Of a stretch of DNA of 64,000 nt, positions 20,723 to 29,483 are shown in pieces. Made by a program: the position numbers and the translations under genes. The notes beneath the pieces are model-generated. The model was not told the DNA's origin. It made no database searches and saw nothing but the letters and a program-made list of their open reading frames with translations. The DNA is from Fidelibacterota bacterium (lineage in GTDB: Bacteria > Fidelibacterota > Fidelibacteria > Fidelibacterales > DSDE01). The stretch's first letter is position 1, and each line of letters starts with the position of its first letter. The stretch is from assembly GCA_046735395.1 (NCBI GenBank), contig JBJKQR010000012.1:128001-192000 (forward strand), read 5' to 3'.

Positions 20723-20798
20723 AATTCCTATGATTGATAAAAATAATTGGGTGAAACCGTGCCGCTTAATAATAAACCTACTATGATTCTGTAAAGAA

Positions 20799-21374
20799 AT
20801 GAAACCCGAATTGACAGTACCGAAATCTATTCCTCAGGAACAAGCAGTCGCGCTGCTTGCGCTGCTGAAACAGCGTTTCGGGGCCCATATGCCGCGACAT
20901 GAAAAAGTGACCTGGGAGACGGTGCAGGCCCGTCTGCTCAGTCAGCAGGAAAAACTCTGGTCTCTGAACGAAATGGAGACGACGGGGGGCGAGCCGGATG
21001 TAACCGGAATGGATCTGCAATCAGGTGAAATTATTTATACGGACTGCGCGGCGGAAAGCCCTGCCGGACGCCGAAGCCTCTGCTATGATCCGGCGGCGCT
21101 GGAATCCCGAAAGGAGCATAAACCCCGCCACAGCGTCCTGGGTATGGCTGCCGAAATGGGTTGCGACGTCCTGACGGCGGAGCAGTACCGGGCACTGCAG
21201 CTGCTGGGGCCCTTCGACCGGAAAACGTCCAGCTGGGTGCTGACTCCGGAATCCGTGCGGGACCTGGGGGGAGCGCTTTTCGGTGACTCTCGTTACGGGG
21301 AAGTGTTTATTTATCACAATGGAGCCGAATCCTATTATGGCAGCCGGGGCTTCAGGACGAGGTTGAGGGTATAA
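20799..21374 (+). CDS. DUF4256 family protein
   Basis: EMETTGGEPDV, ESPAGRRSLCYD, FDRKTSSW, YHNGAESYY.SRGFR. Confidence 0.85.
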   Translation: MKPELTVPKSIPQEQAVALLALLKQRFGAHMPRHEKVTWETVQARLLSQQEKLWSLNEMETTGGEPDVTGMDLQSGEIIYTDCAAESPAGRRSLCYDPAALESRKEHKPRHSVLGMAAEMGCDVLTAEQYRALQLLGPFDRKTSSWVLTPESVRDLGGALFGDSRYGEVFIYHNGAESYYGSRGFRTRLRV

Positions 21375-21497
21375 GTCATTTAATTTCAGATTCATCAATT
21401 CAATTTTGAATAACGAATGCTGAATGAAAGCGGATCAGATCAGTGCTGACGAGTAGCCAGGTGAGAACGGTTGAAGCCGGTTATTTATAAAGGGAAT

Positions 21498-22319
21498 CTA
21501 ACCGGTAGTAATGACGCCCGTTTCGTAATTGAGTTCGGAACCGAGAGCAGAGTGGGGGATCATATAGACCGCAAAGAGAATCAGTGCCGCCGCAACGACA
21601 AAATATCTGGCGTTTGGCGAGGCTTTGGCCTGTTTCCAGGCGGCGAGAGCCCAGGCAAGGGCGGCAATGAGGGTCTTGTTATCGGTCAGATCCCAGCCAT
21701 AGGGGATTCCGGTCCATAACTCGCCGAAGGCGAATTTCTGCACGATGGGCCCGAGTATGAGCCCTCCGATGATAAGAAGAGCAAGTGTGGCAAATGTGAG
21801 GTTTTTACTGCGGCCTTCGCGGCTGAGGGCTTCAATCCCGCCGCGGGTGGAGAACAGCATGGCCAGGAACATGAACAGAATATGGGGAATGAGGATGGCG
21901 GCCGGAACATCTCCCTTGAAGCGGGTCACAACTGTTCGGTCCGCAGGCAGAGTGAAGGTTTTTCCCGAATCTGTCACTTCCAGAAAATACTCGAGTTTGC
22001 CGGCCGGCGGCTGATGCGGCAGATCCGCGCTGAGAATTCCATCTCCATTGGCTGCCATGGGAATGGCTATGTAATCTTCCTTCATATTGAAGCGTTTGTA
22101 CTTGAGTCGGACCGATATATCTGTCCGGCCGGTATCAAACAATATATGCTGATCGCCGGGGCCGCCATGGCTTCGCGTGAACTCATAATGAAGGGTTTCG
22201 CCGGATTGACTGATATAGTCGCCGGACAGCGGATAGGTGGGCCCAGTCATTCGCTGGTATCGGGCTGCGGCAATGGTAATAACAAATGCCAGTACCCAGA
22301 AAGAGATGGATTTAATCAT
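21498..22319 (-). CDS. Conserved hypothetical membrane protein
   Basis: Coherent 273-aa ORF; YQRMTGPTYP N-terminus, periplasmic beta domain, four C-terminal TM helices. Confidence 0.75.
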   Translation of the reverse strand: MIKSISFWVLAFVITIAAARYQRMTGPTYPLSGDYISQSGETLHYEFTRSHGGPGDQHILFDTGRTDISVRLKYKRFNMKEDYIAIPMAANGDGILSADLPHQPPAGKLEYFLEVTDSGKTFTLPADRTVVTRFKGDVPAAILIPHILFMFLAMLFSTRGGIEALSREGRSKNLTFATLALLIIGGLILGPIVQKFAFGELWTGIPYGWDLTDNKTLIAALAWALAAWKQAKASPNARYFVVAAALILFAVYMIPHSALGSELNYETGVITTG

Positions 22320-22385
22320 GATTACTCCCTGCTTTAGCGAATAGTGTAATTTATTTACGATCGATATGAAATAAAAAAATGCAGG

Positions 22386-23777
22386 CTATACAATTCCGAG
22401 CATCCGGCGTGTATCTTCCTTGCTCTGGCATTCGACACAGATGAACCCGTCTCCCTCTTCGCCGGATGAACAGTGACTGCAGTATGCGTATCCACAGCGG
22501 CTGCAGCGAACAACCGCTTCACGTCCGGGGTGAATTCTGCACGTATCCTCGAGTGGGGCCTCGTCCATCAGATTATCTGTCGAATCCGGATCCTCCGGTT
22601 TCTGACCCGGTTCACGCGGAATCCAGTCCTCAGGACTCAGATCGGTGCTGCGAACGAAACTTTCTTCCTCTTTTCCATCCCTGTCATCCAGGGAGACCGT
22701 GAGAGGGTGAGGGGGTTCAGCTTCAATATTTTCCGAGTGCTTGTGGTCAGTGTGAGACGATTTTGCCGCTGCTTCCACAATGACCGGTCCCGTATGAGGC
22801 AGTTCGGGAGTCGGCAGCGGAGCCAGGTTCTCGGCTTCGAGGCTGGTTAGCTCCAGTTTCAGCGCAGAAAGCTCCAGCCGCATCATCCGCATCCGGGAGA
22901 GGGCCCGCAGATACAGGAGCAGCAGGAGAAGAAATCCGCCGCCCAGAACAGGTTCCATGATGGAATGTGGGGCGTCCGCTGCACCGTATTTTTCGATTTC
23001 CGCCTTGAGAAGGGGAGACGGAATACTGGCGGCGCGGCTGATGAGAAAGCTCCGGGCCGCGTTGGGGCCCTGATACAGTGCGATATTCCGCGCATCCAGA
23101 ATGGACTGCCGGGCCTGTATATCCAGAAAATGGCTGCGAATATCATTCGCTACTACCTTGAAGGATGACACAAGTTCCGAGTCGGAGGGAACATAATAAA
23201 ATCCGCCGCCGCTCTCTCTGGCCAGATCATGCAGCAGGAGTGTATCGGTTTCCGGTCCCAGGGCCACCGTAAATATATGGATGTCCTTTCGGGTAAAGGC
23301 CGGCAGAAGGCGTGTTCTCACATCTTCGGTCTTCAGCGTTTCCGCATCCTGGCCCTGTCGTACGTTGATGCGTCCATCGCTGAGCAGCAGCAGGACCCTG
23401 ACAGTAGCACTGTCCTCCATCGTGCGGAAGAGACTCAGCCCTTCTTCCAGAGCTTTGTGAGTATCGGTGTAGTAGCCCAGCTCGCTGCCTTTTTTCCGAA
23501 GTTCGGATCGGATGACGGACTTCATGCTGTCATTGACACAGCGAATGGGGCGCAGGATTCGAACCTCACCATTGAAAATTCCGCTTCCCAGCATTCTGAA
23601 GGCCATGTCGCGCTTGAGCAGCGTATCCACGGCGTCAAAACGGAATCCATGGGGGTCGGAGCTTCGCATGGACAGAGAATTATCCATCATCAGCATGAGT
23701 GCAGCATCGTTCCGGAAAGCGGAATTCGCCGGGCTCATCACGAAGAACACAAGAAGGGTTATGATTAATTTTTTCAT
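22386..23777 (-). CDS. Membrane-anchored VWA-domain protein with a C-terminal B-box-like zinc finger
   Basis: Signal peptide; MIDAS DNSLSM..T..LLSDG; TM GGGFLLLLLLYL; CRIHP..CSRC..YCSHC..CVEC. Confidence 0.75.
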   Translation of the reverse strand: MKKLIITLLVFFVMSPANSAFRNDAALMLMMDNSLSMRSSDPHGFRFDAVDTLLKRDMAFRMLGSGIFNGEVRILRPIRCVNDSMKSVIRSELRKKGSELGYYTDTHKALEEGLSLFRTMEDSATVRVLLLLSDGRINVRQGQDAETLKTEDVRTRLLPAFTRKDIHIFTVALGPETDTLLLHDLARESGGGFYYVPSDSELVSSFKVVANDIRSHFLDIQARQSILDARNIALYQGPNAARSFLISRAASIPSPLLKAEIEKYGAADAPHSIMEPVLGGGFLLLLLLYLRALSRMRMMRLELSALKLELTSLEAENLAPLPTPELPHTGPVIVEAAAKSSHTDHKHSENIEAEPPHPLTVSLDDRDGKEEESFVRSTDLSPEDWIPREPGQKPEDPDSTDNLMDEAPLEDTCRIHPGREAVVRCSRCGYAYCSHCSSGEEGDGFICVECQSKEDTRRMLGIV

Positions 23778-24022
23778 CGGTCAGTTCCGTATAAATCAGC
23801 TTTCACCAGAATATACGATGAAAAAGCCCCACTGTTAAGGAAAAAATTGTCAAAATACAGGGCTGACGGCAGTCCGGATGCAGTCCGAAGCCAATAATTC
23901 GTCCGGAAATCAGAGCCCTGGCTTTAACCTTTGAAATGATACTTCTCTCACATGGTCACTGCCGGACGGGGAAAATGCGAGATTTACCTTGTAATAAACG
24001 GTGAATTTCTCGAATTTTTACC

Positions 24023-25063
24023 ATGCGCGAATCGCAGTTCAGTCTCCGGAATCTAAAGCTGGAAGAAATGGAAAAATGGGTTGTCACCCGGGGCTTTCCC
24101 GCCTATCGGGGCCGTCAGCTCTTTCTCTGGCTGAATCACAAGGGACTGTCGTCCGCTGATGATATGCTGAATCTGCCGGCAGCGCTGCGCGAGCAGATTC
24201 GAAAAGAGGGGAATACGGAATTGCTGCAGGCGGTTGATCATGACGGCAGCGTCATCTCGTCGACCCGTAAGGTTCTCTTCCGTCTCCAGGATGGCCGCTA
24301 TGCCGAGACGGTGCTCATTTTCGCCGGAGACAGACGGACTGTGTGTGTTTCCTCTCAGGTGGGCTGTGCGCTCGGCTGCGATTTCTGCCAGACGGGGAAG
24401 ATGGGATTTCTGAGGAATCTGAGCAGCGGGGAAATCCTCAGCCAGCTTCTGTATATGATGCGCGTTGCTGCCCAGCCGGTGACTAATGTGGTATTCATGG
24501 GAATGGGCGAGCCCTTTCTGAATTTTGATGCCGTGGCCGCAGCCTGTTCGGTGATGAATCACGAAGCCGGCATGAATATCTCCGCCCGGAAAATCACCGT
24601 ATCCACGGCAGGTATTATTCCCGGAATTCAACGCTTCGGAGAATTGACGGGCCAGTATAAACTTGCCATTTCACTCAATTCACCCTTTCAGGACGAACGA
24701 AGCCGGATCATGCCCATTTCGTCCAAATATCCTGTAGATGATCTGCTTGAAGCCGTCCGCCGCTATGTCGATTCCGGAGGAAAACGGGTGACCTTTGAAT
24801 ACGTCTGCCTGGACGGACTCAATATGACCCCGCGGCATGCGGACGCGCTGGTCCGGAAACTGAGGGGACTGAACTGTAAACTCAATCTCATTCCCTTCAA
24901 TGAAACGGACAGCACCTATCTCCGGCCCTCCGAAAAAGCCATGGCAGACTTTGAGGAACGCCTTCGCAGCGCTCCCTTCCCGGTCATGATCCGCTGGTCA
25001 GGCGGCCGTGACAGCCGGGCAGCCTGCGGCCAGTTATATTATCAACATACAACAACAGCGTGA
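24023..25063 (+). CDS. rlmN: 23S rRNA (adenine-2503-C2)-methyltransferase
   Basis: CVSSQVGCALGCDFC, VFMGMGEP, NLIPFN, AACGQL. Confidence 0.95.
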   Translation: MRESQFSLRNLKLEEMEKWVVTRGFPAYRGRQLFLWLNHKGLSSADDMLNLPAALREQIRKEGNTELLQAVDHDGSVISSTRKVLFRLQDGRYAETVLIFAGDRRTVCVSSQVGCALGCDFCQTGKMGFLRNLSSGEILSQLLYMMRVAAQPVTNVVFMGMGEPFLNFDAVAAACSVMNHEAGMNISARKITVSTAGIIPGIQRFGELTGQYKLAISLNSPFQDERSRIMPISSKYPVDDLLEAVRRYVDSGGKRVTFEYVCLDGLNMTPRHADALVRKLRGLNCKLNLIPFNETDSTYLRPSEKAMADFEERLRSAPFPVMIRWSGGRDSRAACGQLYYQHTTTA

Positions 25064-25839
25064 AAATCATGAAACTTACACATCCGCTCTTACAGCAAAT
25101 TCAGAAGAACCCGCCGGACGCGGCTGTTATTCTCGGCAGTGGCCTGGGTTCGTTTACGGAACATGTCGAGATTCAGTTTACTATCCCCTATAGTGAAATT
25201 GAGGGATTTCCCGCCGTGACGGTGGCCGGACACCATGGTGAACTTGTGGCCGGAACGCTGAGAGGAAAGACCGTGTTGGCCGCCCGGGGCCGTTTTCATC
25301 ATTATGAAGGCTATGCCATGAAGGAAATTCTCACTCTGGTCCGGCTCTTCAGTGAACTGGGAATTCCGGATCTCGTGGTAACGAATGCGGCCGGACTGAT
25401 CAATACGCAGTATGGGGTAGGTGATATTCTCTTCATCCGGGACTGTATCGATTTCACAGGCCTTGCCCCCCAGGCCGGTGATATGGCCTACGCTGCCGCG
25501 ACAGATGGCGAACTGAATCTGCTGCGTAACGTTTCCGCTGCTCTGGGAACTAATATTCCACAGGGTGTGTATGTGTGGACCACCGGGCCATCCTACGAGA
25601 CCCCGGCGGAAATACGTTACATGGCTGCGAGGGGAGGCGATTTAGTGGGAATGAGCACCATGCCGGAAATCATTTTTGCGCGGGAAGCGGGCATGCGGGT
25701 TTTTCCCTTCTCCTGCGCGACGAATTTCGCTGCCGGAATTTCAGACCGCGCGCTCAGTCATGAGGAAGTATTTGAAACGGCCGACAGGGTGAAGGAAAAA
25801 CTGTCCGGCATCGTCAGCGAACTCGTAGCTCAATTGTGA
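25060..25839 (+). CDS. Purine-nucleoside phosphorylase (PunA/XapA type)
   Basis: ILGSGLG, GRFHHYEG, TNAAG, GPSYETPAE, VGMSTMPE, SHEEV. Confidence 0.92.
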   Translation: MKIMKLTHPLLQQIQKNPPDAAVILGSGLGSFTEHVEIQFTIPYSEIEGFPAVTVAGHHGELVAGTLRGKTVLAARGRFHHYEGYAMKEILTLVRLFSELGIPDLVVTNAAGLINTQYGVGDILFIRDCIDFTGLAPQAGDMAYAAATDGELNLLRNVSAALGTNIPQGVYVWTTGPSYETPAEIRYMAARGGDLVGMSTMPEIIFAREAGMRVFPFSCATNFAAGISDRALSHEEVFETADRVKEKLSGIVSELVAQL

Positions 25840-25876
25840 AAAACGAAAATGATTGCCAACGGGGAGATGAGGGAAA

Positions 25877-27967
25877 ATGAAACGATCGGCAACGCTGATA
25901 CTGATAGCGTCTCTGCTTTTATTCGGATGTGACAGAATGAACAGCAGCACGAAAAAGAAGGGGAATGTCAACCCATTTACCCTGACGGAATCACTGAAAC
26001 TGCGGTCGGATAAGGAAATGGGCCTGACCTGGGCAAAAGGGACCTTTCATTTTCGCGTCTTCAGCCCCAGGGCCACGGAAGTCCGTCTGGCTCTGTTTTC
26101 GAATTACCGGGGCGAAGCGGATGAAATTCATATCATGACCCGTGACGACCAGGGAGTGTGGGAATATGAATGTTCGGATGATCTCTGGGGCATGTATTAT
26201 GGATATTATGTCTCCGGACCTTCCGGAAAAGGGGAAAAATTTGATGCAGGTATCTGTATTGCCGATCCGTATTCGGAGGCCGTTTCCACCCGGAATACCT
26301 ATCGCCATCCGGGGCGAAGCCTCATTCTGAAAAATGATTTCAACTGGGAGGGTGACACCTGGCTCACACCACCCGATCCCCGTGATCTGGTGATTTATGA
26401 AGCCAATCTCCGGGATCTGACGGCCCATCCCTCATCCGGCGCCGAACGTGCCGGAACCTATCCCGGCCTGACCGAAGCGGATAAGAAGGGCGGCCTGAAC
26501 TACCTGAAGTCTCTCGGTATCAATGCGGTGGAATTTCTGCCCCTTCAGGATTTCGGTAATATGGAGATTCCCTATCAGCAGCCCGTGGACGGCGTGACCA
26601 ATACCTGGAATCCCTACGCCCGAAACCATTGGGGCTATATGACCTCCTATTTCTTCGCGCCGGAAAGTTATTATGCCTCCGGAGGAACCATGAAGCCCGG
26701 CGCCTATTCCGGAACGGACGGCCGCCAGGCTCGGGAGCTCAAAACCCTGGTCAAGACCCTGCACCGCGAAGGGATTTCCGTGCTCATGGATGTGGTCTAC
26801 AATCATGTCAGTCAGTATGATTATAATCCGCTCAGGTATATAGACAATAAATATTATTTCCGTCTCGACAAGAATTTCGGCTATCTGAGTGTCAGCGGCT
26901 GCGGGAATGATTTCCGCACCGAGGCCCCCATGGCCCGGAAGCTTATCGTGGATTCCATTCTCTACTGGATGAAAACCTACCATATTGACGGATTCCGCTT
27001 TGATCTGGCTGCCATGATTGACGAAAAGACGCTGAAACTCATTCGCGATGAGGCAAAAAAGCTCAATCCCAATGTGGTCATCATCGCCGAACCCTGGGGC
27101 GGGGGATATATGCCGGCCCGTTTTTCCGAACTGGGCTGGGCGTCCTGGAATGACAAATTCCGCAACGGCATCAAGGGACAGAATCCCCATGACCGTCTCG
27201 GTTTCATTTTCGGAAAATGGGATGAGGATATGGACCGCGATAAACTCTTCGGCCTGCTCACCGGAAGTCTGAAACAGGACAGCCTCACCTATCAGAACAG
27301 CCGGCATGCCGTGAATTATCTCGAATCTCACGATGACCTCAGTTTCGGAGACTTCGTCCGTCTGGCCATCGGAAAGAATACAGAAAATGAAGTCATAACG
27401 GATCTGGATCAGCACAGCCTGCTCACACCACAGGAGATGCATCTCAACAAACTGGGCGCCTTTATCCTGGCCGGTTCCCAGGGAATCATGATGATGCACG
27501 CGGGCCAGGAATTTGCCCGGTCTCAGGTGATATGGGGCGGTGATGTGCCCGATCCCCGCAAGGGCATGATCGACAATAATTCCTACAATAAGGATGATGA
27601 GACGAATTATATCAATTACCATACTGCCGCTCTCAACAAGAATCTGGTGAATTATTACCGGGGGCTCATCAAAATGAGGGAAGGCCTGCCCGAATTGAGA
27701 CGGGCCGACCGGAATGCCTGTGAACCGGTTTATTCTGAAAATACGGATTTCGCGCTGGGCGTCCATATCCTGCCTCAGGATGATCTGCGTGAATGTTATG
27801 TCCTCTGCAATGCCTCAGCGGAAAAAACGGCTCTGTTTGAACTGGGGAACGGATACTGGGATGTGTATGCCGATGATGCTCATGCCGACAGCGAGCCGAT
27901 CAGAAAAGGAATCATGGGCCAGACAACTGTGGCCCCTCAGAGTGGCATGATCTTGATCCGCCACTAA
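25877..27967 (+). CDS. GH13 type I pullulanase-like lipoprotein with CBM48
   Basis: Lipobox LFGC; NHWGY, MDVVYNH, DGFRFDL, AEPW, YLESHDD, NSYN. Confidence 0.88.
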   Translation: MKRSATLILIASLLLFGCDRMNSSTKKKGNVNPFTLTESLKLRSDKEMGLTWAKGTFHFRVFSPRATEVRLALFSNYRGEADEIHIMTRDDQGVWEYECSDDLWGMYYGYYVSGPSGKGEKFDAGICIADPYSEAVSTRNTYRHPGRSLILKNDFNWEGDTWLTPPDPRDLVIYEANLRDLTAHPSSGAERAGTYPGLTEADKKGGLNYLKSLGINAVEFLPLQDFGNMEIPYQQPVDGVTNTWNPYARNHWGYMTSYFFAPESYYASGGTMKPGAYSGTDGRQARELKTLVKTLHREGISVLMDVVYNHVSQYDYNPLRYIDNKYYFRLDKNFGYLSVSGCGNDFRTEAPMARKLIVDSILYWMKTYHIDGFRFDLAAMIDEKTLKLIRDEAKKLNPNVVIIAEPWGGGYMPARFSELGWASWNDKFRNGIKGQNPHDRLGFIFGKWDEDMDRDKLFGLLTGSLKQDSLTYQNSRHAVNYLESHDDLSFGDFVRLAIGKNTENEVITDLDQHSLLTPQEMHLNKLGAFILAGSQGIMMMHAGQEFARSQVIWGGDVPDPRKGMIDNNSYNKDDETNYINYHTAALNKNLVNYYRGLIKMREGLPELRRADRNACEPVYSENTDFALGVHILPQDDLRECYVLCNASAEKTALFELGNGYWDVYADDAHADSEPIRKGIMGQTTVAPQSGMILIRH

Positions 27968-27998
27968 GATATAAATCGACCTTACATGGAGTATTTTA

Positions 27999-28259
27999 AT
28001 GCGTAAACTCATTATTTACACAGGGGAATGGTGTTCCGTCTGTCTTGCCCTGAAAAAAATGCTGGAACACGAAAAAATTGTCTACGAGGAAGTCGATCTC
28101 ACCAAGGTCGATGACTATAAGGAACTGCTGTACGAAAAAACCGGTTACTGGGGTACACCCGGCATCACGCTGGACGGTGAGGCACTGGGAGGTTTTCCGC
28201 ATTTCGTGGAACTGCTGCGGAGCGGAGCCCTGAATGACCTGAAGATGAAGGAGGACTAA
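27999..28259 (+). CDS. Glutaredoxin-like protein
   Basis: WCSVC redox motif, TP and GG motifs. Confidence 0.82.
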   Translation: MRKLIIYTGEWCSVCLALKKMLEHEKIVYEEVDLTKVDDYKELLYEKTGYWGTPGITLDGEALGGFPHFVELLRSGALNDLKMKED

Positions 28260-29374
28260 TGTTTGATATACGGGAAAAGATTCTGGCGGAAGGCCTGGTG
28301 AATTATTCGGTCAATGCTCAGGCCGGAGAGAATGTCCTCATCGAATGCTTCAATGTACCGGACAGTTTTGTGATCCAGCTGGTTCGGGCGGTCCGGGCGC
28401 GGGGAGCGAATCCTTTCGTCTCGGTGAAAAGCGCCCTGATCCAGAAGGAATTGATCCGCAATTCCAGTGATGACCAGATGGAGCTGACAGGCATTCTGGA
28501 GACGGAGCGGATGAAACGGATGCAGTGTTATATCGGTGTCCGCGGCTCTCTCAATATTTCAGAAAATTCGGATGTGGATTCGGCGGACATGACCCGCTAT
28601 GAAAAGCTCTGGATGACGCCGGTCCATTTTCGGACGCGGGTTCCGCACACACGCTGGGTCGTTCTGCGCTATCCGTCACCGTCGGTAGCCCAGCAGGCCG
28701 GCATGAGCAGTGAACAGTTTGAAAATTTCTATTTTGACGTCTGCACTCTGGATTACAGCAAAATGTCTGCGGCCATGGATCCGCTGGTTGAGCTGATGCA
28801 GAAGACCGACAGGGTGCGGATCACCGGCCCCGGGACAGATCTGTCCTTTTCCATCAGGGGACTGCCGGCCATCAAATGTGCCGGTGAAGTCAATATCCCC
28901 GACGGGGAAGTCTTTACGGCCCCGGTCCGGGAATCGGTGAACGGCGTGATTCAGTACAATGCGGACAGCCTGTATCAGGGAACCGTATTCTCCAATATCC
29001 GGCTCACCTTCAAAGACGGCCGCATCACGGAGCTGAGCGGAAATCACCCGGAACGTCTGGAGGCAATTTTCAATACGGATGAGGGCGCCCGCTATGTGGG
29101 AGAATTTGCCATCGGCCTCAATCCCTATATCAACCGGGCCATGAAGGATATCCTCTTTGACGAGAAGATCGCCGGGTCCATTCATTTCACACCCGGTAAT
29201 GCCTACGATGACTGCGATAACGGAAATACGTCCTCCATCCACTGGGATCTGGTTCTCATTCAGACACCCGAATTCGGCGGCGGAGAGCTGTATTTCGATG
29301 ATGTTCTGGTTCGTAAGGATGGACGCTTTGTGCTTCCGGAGCTGGAAGGCCTCAATCCGGAAAATCTGAAATAA
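28259..29374 (+). CDS. M29 family aminopeptidase (PepS/AmpS-like)
   Basis: NIPDGEVFTAP, GEFAIG, LFDEKIAGSIHFTPG, SSIHWD. Confidence 0.92.
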   Translation: MFDIREKILAEGLVNYSVNAQAGENVLIECFNVPDSFVIQLVRAVRARGANPFVSVKSALIQKELIRNSSDDQMELTGILETERMKRMQCYIGVRGSLNISENSDVDSADMTRYEKLWMTPVHFRTRVPHTRWVVLRYPSPSVAQQAGMSSEQFENFYFDVCTLDYSKMSAAMDPLVELMQKTDRVRITGPGTDLSFSIRGLPAIKCAGEVNIPDGEVFTAPVRESVNGVIQYNADSLYQGTVFSNIRLTFKDGRITELSGNHPERLEAIFNTDEGARYVGEFAIGLNPYINRAMKDILFDEKIAGSIHFTPGNAYDDCDNGNTSSIHWDLVLIQTPEFGGGELYFDDVLVRKDGRFVLPELEGLNPENLK

Positions 29375-29483
29375 AATGGAAAATGCTTTCAATTCAATGT
29401 GTTGAAGCGGTTTTTTTGTAGCCTTCATCACATTAATCGGGTATTATTGCCCCTAAATTATGAAAACAAAAATCGGAGAATAC

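Noticed and set aside
27999..28259. Glutaredoxin (or the rhodanese at 6148) as additional selenoproteins
   Set aside because: Their active sites are encoded as Cys (CSVC; CYTGQT) with no in-frame TGA.
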